Origin: an uncultured Rickettsiales bacterium
GTDB taxonomy: Bacteria > Myxococcota_A > UBA796 > UBA9615
Assembly: GCA_964416435.1 (NCBI GenBank)
Contig: CAYQEG010000004.1
Location: 29,378 to 93,377 of the forward strand
Direction: 5' to 3'
Length of the DNA stretch: 64,000 bases
Shown: piece after piece, positions 38,030 to 44,960 of the stretch
Position numbering within the stretch: the stretch's first letter is position 1
How the letters are laid out: each line of letters begins with the position of its first letter
Translations under genes and position numbers: made by a program
Notes under the pieces: generated by a model
What the model was told of the DNA's origin: nothing
Database searches by the model: none
What the model saw: the letters and a program-made list of their open reading frames with translations, nothing else

Positions 38030-38860
38030 ATGAGAACTGCCGCCCTCGCCCTGCTGTTCCCGCTGCTCGCGTGCACGCCCGGGCCGACCAACCCCGACGT
38101 CAGCGAGCCGGTCGGGCCGCCCGTGCCGGAGTGTCGGATCGACGCGGACGGCCAGCTGTCGGCGGATGAACTCCCGCTGCAGCCGGGGATCTCGGTCCGG
38201 TACGTGCGCAACGAGCCGGGCACCACCGTCTCGTTCCCCCCCGACGGCGCGGTCGGCGACGCCGGCGCTCGGATCTGGGACTTCACCGAGGGCCCGGCGG
38301 AGGTCGGCGCGACGCTGACCACGCTGGACCCGGCCGAACACTGGTTCGGCCCCCTGTTCCCCGACGCGGACCTGGCGTCGCCGCTCCTCGTGGAGTCACC
38401 GGAGCTGGTCGGCGTCTACCAGTACGCCCCGGAGGAGGGGGAGCTCAGGCTCCTGGGGGTGACCACCGCGACGGAGCAGCCCCCGGAGCGCAAGACGCTG
38501 ATCATCTATGACGAGCCGGTCGTTGCGCTGCGCCTCCCCCTGACCGAAGGGGCGACCTGGGGTCAGCAGGCGACGTTCCGGGACGCGGTGATCGCCGGTC
38601 TGCCCAACGCGGGGGTCGAGGACTGGCACGTGGAGGTCGACGCCGCGGGAGCGGCCCGGCTCCGCGGGGACGTGGAGGTGAGGCAGGTGCTCCGCGTACG
38701 CAGCTCGGTCCACCGCACCCTCGCCGTCGCGCTGGGCGAGCCGAGCACCGCGCTGCACAAGATCGTCTGGATGGCGCCTTGCTTCGGGGACATCGCGTCT
38801 CTCTCGGGGGCCGACGCGACGCTGCAGCCGGCCGACGAGCTCCGTCGCTACTACCCCTGA
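38030..38860 (+). CDS. lipoprotein of unknown function (paralog of 34613-35503)
   Basis: Starts 5 nt after the barrel gene. MRTAALALLFPLLAC lipobox. Shares blocks with the 34613 lipoprotein. Confidence 0.65.
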   Translation: MRTAALALLFPLLACTPGPTNPDVSEPVGPPVPECRIDADGQLSADELPLQPGISVRYVRNEPGTTVSFPPDGAVGDAGARIWDFTEGPAEVGATLTTLDPAEHWFGPLFPDADLASPLLVESPELVGVYQYAPEEGELRLLGVTTATEQPPERKTLIIYDEPVVALRLPLTEGATWGQQATFRDAVIAGLPNAGVEDWHVEVDAAGAARLRGDVEVRQVLRVRSSVHRTLAVALGEPSTALHKIVWMAPCFGDIASLSGADATLQPADELRRYYP

Positions 38861-39453
38861 CCGCCGCCGCCGAGCATCTTCATCAGCTCCGCCATCTGCG
38901 CCTTGAGCGCGGCGACGTCATTGGCGAGCCTCGGCTCAGCCGGGTCGGCCTCGGCCTCGGCCTCCGCCTCCGCCTGAGGCTCCGGAGCCGGCTCGGGGTC
39001 TGCGTCGGGCGCGCCCGTCGGCTGCTTGCCCGTGCTCCCGAAGGCGCCGGTCACCATCTCCATCCAGGCGTTCGCTCCGGCGCGGGCGGCCTCGGCGGCC
39101 GAGCCGAAGGCGGTGTCGAGCTGGCGGCTCCACGCCTCGCCGACGGAGAGGAACTGCTGCAGCGACTCGCCCAGGAACGTTGACAGGGCCTCGGCCTGGA
39201 CCGTGCCCTGGACCCGGATCACGTGGTGGAGGAGGTCGATCGGGAGCAGGTCGAGCCGCTCCTGCTCGTCCAGGATCACCTGCACGAGCACCTGGCGGGT
39301 CAGGTCGTCGCCGCTCTTGGCGTCCACCACCTCCACCCGGCGGCCGGCGCGCACGATGGCGGCGAGCTCGGCCAGGGTGATGTAGCGGCTCTGATCGGTG
39401 TCGTAGAGCCGCCGGTTCGCGTACTTCTTGATCCGCAGAGGGTCTTGCTGCAT
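38851..39453 (-). CDS. phaR: polyhydroxyalkanoate synthesis repressor PhaR
   Basis: The N-terminus IKKYANRRLYDTDQSRYITLAELAAIV is the diagnostic PhaR DNA-binding block. 200 aa with an acidic/Ala-Glu-Pro C-terminal tail. Confidence 0.9.
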   Translation of the reverse strand: MQQDPLRIKKYANRRLYDTDQSRYITLAELAAIVRAGRRVEVVDAKSGDDLTRQVLVQVILDEQERLDLLPIDLLHHVIRVQGTVQAEALSTFLGESLQQFLSVGEAWSRQLDTAFGSAAEAARAGANAWMEMVTGAFGSTGKQPTGAPDADPEPAPEPQAEAEAEAEADPAEPRLANDVAALKAQMAELMKMLGGGGQG

Positions 39454-39501
39454 GGGCGAGAGACTATACAGCGAGACTCTCGCAGTACAGCGCTTTGCTC
39501 A

Positions 39502-39554
39502 TTGGTGCGACGCACCAAATCGAGTTGACACGTCGCAGTCGCACACCGTACGCT
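39502..39554 (+). promoter_or_regulatory. phaR / phaC2 divergent control region
   Basis: Perfect 17-bp palindrome TTGGTGCG-A-CGCACCAA (39502-39518). TTGACA (39525-39530) is followed by GCAGTCGCACA (39535-39545), an 11-mer identical to 31375-31385 in the phasin promoter, then a TACGCT -10-like hexamer (39549-39554). Confidence 0.45.
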
Positions 39555-39560
39555 GTCGTC

Positions 39561-40601
39561 ATGTTGCAATGCACCATCGACAATGTCACCCGCGCCGCGC
39601 GCGTCTGGGCCGAGCTGACCCCGGGCCCCGAGCACGACGTGGACTGGACCACCCCTCACGGCGTCGTGCTGAAGACCTCGTCCCTGACGCTGCGGGACTT
39701 TGGCGGGGGCGCGCCGGGGAGCGAGCACCCGCTCCTCATCGTCGCCCCGGAGGTCAACGGCTCCAACCTCGCCGACTACGGCCCCGGCCAGAGCCTCGTC
39801 GCCGTCGCGAAGAGCGCGGGGTTCGGGCGTGTCTGCGTGCTCCACTGGGAGCAGATCACCGACGCGACCGCGCACCGGGACATCGACGACTCCATCGCCG
39901 ACGTCGTGCGCTGCATCGACGCCATCGGGGGCCGCGCCCACCTGCTCGGCATCTGCCAGGGGGGCTGGGAGTCGGCCATCGTCGCGGCGATGTGGCCCGA
40001 CAAGGTGGCGAGCCTGACCCTGGCGGGCGCCGCCATTGACTTCCGGGCCGGCTGGGGGGCGATCACCCGGCTGGTCGACCAGGTGCCCGAGCCCGTCTAC
40101 CGGGGCATGGTCGCCTCGGGCGGCGGCGTGATGCGGGGTGAGCTGATCCGCGTGGGGTTCGACGCCCTGCAGGCCTGGAACCGCTGGGTCGTCGACCCCA
40201 TCCAGCTGTGGAACCGCGTCGACGACGAGGCGTACTCCGAGCGGCGCGCTCGCATGGACCGCTGGTACCGGGTGCGCAAGGACCTCGCCGGGCCGATGTA
40301 CCTGCGGGTCGTCGAGGACCTGTTCCGACACAACAAGCTGATCGCGGGGGAGCTCGAGGTGCTCGGTCGCACGGTCGACCTGGGCGACGTCGTCTGCCCG
40401 ATCGCCATGGTCGCGGGGACCCACGACCACATCACGCTCCCCGAGCAGGTGTGGGCCATCGAGCCGGTGGCGAGCAGCGAGCGGACGGAGCGATTCGAGG
40501 TGCCGGGAGGGCACGTCGGCCTGGTCATCGGAAGCCGCGCCCAGCGACGCTACTGGCCCGACGTGTTCGCCTGGATCAAGCGGGGCGAGGAGCGCGACTG
40601 A
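39561..40601 (+). CDS. Cys-nucleophile alpha/beta-hydrolase, PhaC (class III)-like or intracellular PhaZ-like
   Basis: ATG 39561 (MLQCTIDNV). PLLIVAPEVNGSNLADY, then HLLGICQGGWESAIVAAMWPDKVASLTLAGAAIDF (G-x-C-x-G-G box). Late GTHDHI and GGHVGL. 346 aa. Confidence 0.7.
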   Translation: MLQCTIDNVTRAARVWAELTPGPEHDVDWTTPHGVVLKTSSLTLRDFGGGAPGSEHPLLIVAPEVNGSNLADYGPGQSLVAVAKSAGFGRVCVLHWEQITDATAHRDIDDSIADVVRCIDAIGGRAHLLGICQGGWESAIVAAMWPDKVASLTLAGAAIDFRAGWGAITRLVDQVPEPVYRGMVASGGGVMRGELIRVGFDALQAWNRWVVDPIQLWNRVDDEAYSERRARMDRWYRVRKDLAGPMYLRVVEDLFRHNKLIAGELEVLGRTVDLGDVVCPIAMVAGTHDHITLPEQVWAIEPVASSERTERFEVPGGHVGLVIGSRAQRRYWPDVFAWIKRGEERD

Positions 40602-40625
40602 CAGGTCGGGTAGTCTCCGCGTCGC

Positions 40626-42044
40626 TTGCTTTTTCCGACGCTCGACTACCTGGTGTTCCTGCCTCTGTGCGTCGCCCTGTACTGGGCGGTGCCCCGGCGC
40701 GCTCGCATGTGGGTGCTGCTCGTCGCGTCGATCTTCTTCTACGCGTCGTGGCGGCTCGAGTACCTGGCCATCCTCGCGGCCGTCGTCGGGCTGACCTGGA
40801 TCGGCTCGCTGTGGGTGGAGGACCGTCGGCATCGCGGGCAGCCGCTGCAGGTCGCCTGGCTCGTCCTGATCCCGCTGATCCTCAGCCCCCTGGTCGTCTT
40901 CAAGTACTGGAACTGGCTCGCCGGCGACGTCCAGGCGTTCCTGCAGGCGATCGGGCTCGCGGTCGACCTGCCCGACCACAAGCTGCCGCTGCCCATCGGG
41001 ATCAGCTTCTTCACCTTCCAGGCGATCGCCTACCTCGTGGATGTCGGCCGGGGGGACGACGCCGAGCGGGATCCGGTCCGCTTCTCGACGTTCATCACCT
41101 TCTTCCCGCAGCTCATCGCCGGCCCCATCGTCCGCGGCCGGGAGATGCTCCCCCAGCTGCGTCGGCTCCCGCTGCTCGCCAACGACCAGATCTCGGCCGG
41201 CCTGTTCCGCATCGCGCGGGGCATGTTCAAGAAGATCGTGCTGGCCGACATCCTGCGCGTCGGGATCGTCGACCCGCTGTTCACCGACCCGCAGAACTTC
41301 ACCGGCGTCGAGCTGATGATCGGCCTGTACGCCTACACGCTGCAGATCTACTACGACTTCAGCGGCTACACCGACATCGCCATCGGCTCCGGCCGGCTCT
41401 TCGGGTACGAGCTCCCCGAGAACTTCCGCCGGCCCTACAAGGCGACCAACGTCACCGCCTTCTGGCGGCGTTGGCACGTCACCCTGAGCCTGTGGGTCCG
41501 CCACTACATCTACTTCCCCCTGGGGGGGGCGAGGGTCGGCCCGTCCCGGGTCTACGTGAACCTCGCCCTGACCTTCCTCGTGCTCGGGATCTGGCACGGC
41601 GCGTCGTGGAACTTCGTCGTCTACGGCGCCATCCACGGCGGGGCGATGTGCACCCACCGCTACTTCCGCAAGCGACACGGGCGGGACCCGGACGACGTGC
41701 CCCCCGGCTGGTGGTCCTGGACGTGGCGCTGGCTGGTCACGTTCCACTTCGTGGTGCTCGCCCGGATCCTGTTCCGGGCGGAGGACTTCAGCACCTCGGG
41801 TGAGTACTTCCGGGGCCTGTTCGACGCCACGATGCTGATGCCGCGGTTCGCCCCGCTGGCCCTCGGCGTCATGGCCGCCGGCCTGGCCATCCACCTCAGT
41901 CCCGACGACTGGCAGCCGCGCGCCCGGGCCTGGTTCGCCCGCATCGGGCCCGTCGGCCAGGCGCTGGTGCTCGCCATCGTGGCGGCCGCCTGCCTGCTCC
42001 TCGGCACCGGCGAGCAGCTCTCCTTCGTGTACTACAGTTTCTAG
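40626..42044 (+). CDS. MBOAT-family membrane O-acyltransferase (AlgI/PatA/DltB-like)
   Basis: TTG start MLFPTLDYLVFLP. Multi-TM. The FW(R)RWH(V)TLS.W block and a conserved His in GIWHGASWNF are typical of AlgI-type MBOATs. Confidence 0.88.
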   Translation: MLFPTLDYLVFLPLCVALYWAVPRRARMWVLLVASIFFYASWRLEYLAILAAVVGLTWIGSLWVEDRRHRGQPLQVAWLVLIPLILSPLVVFKYWNWLAGDVQAFLQAIGLAVDLPDHKLPLPIGISFFTFQAIAYLVDVGRGDDAERDPVRFSTFITFFPQLIAGPIVRGREMLPQLRRLPLLANDQISAGLFRIARGMFKKIVLADILRVGIVDPLFTDPQNFTGVELMIGLYAYTLQIYYDFSGYTDIAIGSGRLFGYELPENFRRPYKATNVTAFWRRWHVTLSLWVRHYIYFPLGGARVGPSRVYVNLALTFLVLGIWHGASWNFVVYGAIHGGAMCTHRYFRKRHGRDPDDVPPGWWSWTWRWLVTFHFVVLARILFRAEDFSTSGEYFRGLFDATMLMPRFAPLALGVMAAGLAIHLSPDDWQPRARAWFARIGPVGQALVLAIVAAACLLLGTGEQLSFVYYSF

Positions 42045-42046
42045 GC

Positions 42047-43609
42047 ATGCCCGACTCCACCCACCGCAGGGAGCTTCGACGCGGCGCGATCGTGCTGGGG
42101 TTGCTGTGCCTGCTCGGGGGCGGCACGTACCTCGTGCCCCAGGCCGAGGCGATGCGGCCCTGGCTGCCGGGGGAGGAGATCCCGGTCGTGCACCTGCTGC
42201 TCCCCCGGGGGGAGCGGGTGGTCAAGGAGGACGATCGGGGCGAGCTCGCAGTGCTGGACGCGGAGCCGGTGACGCCCGCGCCGACGCCCGCGCCGTTGAG
42301 CCCCGCGGCGCGGCTGCCCGAGCGGGACGGCGCCGTGCGCACCCCGCTGGAGTTGCCCGACGGCGGGGTCCTGGATCCCTTCTTCCAGGTGCTCGCGGCG
42401 GCCGAGACCGGGGAGCCCGATCGGATCGTCCGGGTGCTGCACTGGGGCGACTCGACGATCGCCGCCGACGGCATCTGCAGCCGGGTGCGCCAGCGGATGC
42501 AGGCTCGGTTCGGAGACGGGGGGCCCGGCTTCCTGCCGGTGCACGTCGACACCCGCTGGCAGATCCGGCCCGGCATCCTGCGCGTCAACGACGACAGCGA
42601 GTGGGAGACCTTCAACGTCACCTTCGCGGGCAGCGACGAGTGGCGGTACGGCCTGGGTGGCCACGTCAGCACCGCGTCGGGCGAGGCGTCCGTCACGCTC
42701 GGGGGGGAGCGGCGCGGCGACGACAAGAAGCGCCAGCCGCTGCACCGCTTCGACGTCTACTACCAGGCCCGCCCCGAAGCCGGCTCCGTCTCCATCACGC
42801 CCAGCGGGGCGCGCGGCGTGCGCATCAACACCGCGGCCGCCCGGGTGCAGGACCGCTTCCGCGAGCTCACCTCCGCCGGCGGCAGCAGCAAGCTGTGGAT
42901 CAAGGCCAACGGGGACGGGCCGGTGTCGCTGTACGGCGTCGCCCTGGAGACCGAGGGGCCGGGCATCACGTGGGAGACGCTGGGCGTCGCCGGGTCGTCG
43001 ATCGCGTCGGTCATCAACCACCAGGGCCGGGTCCACCTCAAGGGCCAGGTGGAGCGGCGATCGCCCGACCTGATCGTCTACCAGACCGGCGGCAACGAGT
43101 TGGAATACCCGGACCTGCAGCGCGGCGAGGGGCTCGCCTACCGGGCCAAGTACCTGGAGGCGCTGGACAAGCTCCGGGCCGGCGCCCCCTACACGCCGTG
43201 CCTCATGATCGGCCCGATCGACCAGGGCACGCGGGTCCGCGGGGACGTCGTCAGCCGCGAGGGGCTCGACAAGATCATCCGCCTGCAGCGCGAGGCGGCG
43301 ACCGAGGCGGGCTGCGCCTACTGGAACGCCCGCGGCGTGATGGGGGACGACGGAGGCTTCGCGCGCTGGATCCAGCACACGCCGCAGCTGGCGAGCACCG
43401 ACCTGCTCCACCTCACCACCGAGGGCTTCGACCTGATCGGGGACAGCCTCGCCGACGCGTTGCTCGACCGCTACGACGAGTGGCGCGAGGCCCACCCCGA
43501 GGCGGGCTGGATCATCGAGGGCGAGCAGGTCGGGCCGCCGCTGCCCGAGCCCGAACCCGAGCCCGAGGCCACGCCCGAACCGGCGGTCAGCCCCCCTCCA
43601 GCGCCGTGA
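42047..43609 (+). CDS. membrane-anchored SGNH/GDSL-like acyl-transferase/esterase
   Basis: Starts 2 nt after the MBOAT gene. N-terminal TM anchor. SGNH blocks VLHWGDSTIA (block I), YQTGGNE (block III) and DLLHLT (block V D-x-x-H), with a roughly 170-aa insertion between blocks I and III. Pro/Glu-rich C-terminal tail. Confidence 0.7.
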   Translation: MPDSTHRRELRRGAIVLGLLCLLGGGTYLVPQAEAMRPWLPGEEIPVVHLLLPRGERVVKEDDRGELAVLDAEPVTPAPTPAPLSPAARLPERDGAVRTPLELPDGGVLDPFFQVLAAAETGEPDRIVRVLHWGDSTIAADGICSRVRQRMQARFGDGGPGFLPVHVDTRWQIRPGILRVNDDSEWETFNVTFAGSDEWRYGLGGHVSTASGEASVTLGGERRGDDKKRQPLHRFDVYYQARPEAGSVSITPSGARGVRINTAAARVQDRFRELTSAGGSSKLWIKANGDGPVSLYGVALETEGPGITWETLGVAGSSIASVINHQGRVHLKGQVERRSPDLIVYQTGGNELEYPDLQRGEGLAYRAKYLEALDKLRAGAPYTPCLMIGPIDQGTRVRGDVVSREGLDKIIRLQREAATEAGCAYWNARGVMGDDGGFARWIQHTPQLASTDLLHLTTEGFDLIGDSLADALLDRYDEWREAHPEAGWIIEGEQVGPPLPEPEPEPEATPEPAVSPPPAP

Positions 43610-44960
43610 GGAAGCGGTCGGCCGACCACTCGTAGCTGCGACGCACGAAGTGGATCCCGTCCCGCGACGCCATCGCGGGGCTCAGCTGCTGCCAGACCCG
43701 CATCGAGCCCGGCCCTCCGGTCGCGAGCTGCCAGTCCCAGAAGGCGCAGCCGTAGCGGGGGGCGACCTGCCGCTGCACCTCGGCGACGAGCTCGGTGCGT
43801 GCCCACGTGCTCCAGACGCCTCGCCGCCGCCGGGTCCGGTCCGACGGGCCGACCAGCACGCACGCGACGTCCGGCAGAGCCCCGCGGAGCTTCTCGAGGA
43901 CCGCCGCCAGGTCCGTGGCGTAGTCCGACATGTCGTAGCGCGTGTCCGCCGCTTCGTTGGTCCCGTAGGCGAGCACCACGAGATCGGGGCTCAGCGCCTG
44001 CAGGCCGTCGGCGAACAGCGAGTCGTCCCACGCCAGCCAGTCCTTCGCCTGGCGCCCCCGGATGCCCATCGTGTCGACGAGGGCGCCGCCGCCGGCCCGC
44101 TCCATCGACACCCCGAAGAGCCGCACCTCGCCGTCCCCGACCGGGCGCAGGACCATGCGGTGGGGTCCGTCGGGGACGTCGATGCGCGTCTGCTGCAGCC
44201 GGACAGCCGTCGCGTCGGTGGTGATCGCCGCCGCCGGTCGACCGTCCACCTCGACGGCGATCGTGCCCCCGCCCGGCTGGGCCATCGAGAAGACGTCGAA
44301 CCGCTCTACCCGCTGGCCGTGGGGGTTGCTGTGGGCGGTCTCCAGCCAGCCGAAGTCCTCGGGGTCGTCGCTGCTCACGCTCATGCCGGCGAAGCCCAAC
44401 AGGCCGTCATCGCGGCCGCCCCGCCGGCCCGCCCAGTCGCTGCGCCAGCCGCCGGTCCGGCACAGGTTGACGTCCTGGCCCCGGTACCCGGAGTAGAGCG
44501 CGGCGGGCAGGATGAAGCCGTGGCCGAGGTCGCCCCAGCGGCTCTGGAGGGTGCGCCGGACCTGGCCGGTCCACCAGTCCGCCGACGTGTGCGACGCGCC
44601 GTAGAACGACAGCCGCACCCGCTCCCCGGCGTCCCCCCGAGCGAACACGTCGCGCACCCGGGCGATCACGTCGGGCGGCCCCTCCAGCGGCTGCACGGGC
44701 AGCTCGTCGGGCCGGGCCGCGGGGTGGTCGGGGAGGGGAGGGGGCGGAGTCTCCGGCTCGCCGCCGCTGCTGATCGACGGGACGTCGGCCGTGGCGATCT
44801 CCGGCGGCGGGAGCTGGAGCGCCTCGCGGCAGGTCGGATGCTCGGGCGGGCCCGGGGCCTCGATGACCACCACGATCTGCGGCTCGAGCGCGAGCGCCGA
44901 CGCGGCGACGAGGCAGCCCGTCGCGGCGAGCAGCAGCAGCGAAGCGGTCGAACGGCTCAC
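43587..44960 (-). CDS. secreted SGNH-like protein, paralog of 42047-43609
   Basis: GTG 44960 overlaps the stop of the upstream gene (GTGA). Signal peptide VSRSTASLLLLAATGCLVAAS. Blocks FYGASHT, AYGTNE and DGIHFV sit in the same order and spacing as the paralog. Confidence 0.65.
   Translation of the reverse strand: MSRSTASLLLLAATGCLVAASALALEPQIVVVIEAPGPPEHPTCREALQLPPPEIATADVPSISSGGEPETPPPPLPDHPAARPDELPVQPLEGPPDVIARVRDVFARGDAGERVRLSFYGASHTSADWWTGQVRRTLQSRWGDLGHGFILPAALYSGYRGQDVNLCRTGGWRSDWAGRRGGRDDGLLGFAGMSVSSDDPEDFGWLETAHSNPHGQRVERFDVFSMAQPGGGTIAVEVDGRPAAAITTDATAVRLQQTRIDVPDGPHRMVLRPVGDGEVRLFGVSMERAGGGALVDTMGIRGRQAKDWLAWDDSLFADGLQALSPDLVVLAYGTNEAADTRYDMSDYATDLAAVLEKLRGALPDVACVLVGPSDRTRRRRGVWSTWARTELVAEVQRQVAPRYGCAFWDWQLATGGPGSMRVWQQLSPAMASRDGIHFVRRSYEWSADRFLTALEGG

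Noticed and set aside
39463-39468. TATAGT on the minus strand as the phaR -10 element.
   Set aside because: No acceptable -35 lies at 16-19 nt (GCTGTA/CGCTGT). I mention it in the findings as a hypothesis but do not annotate it as a promoter.
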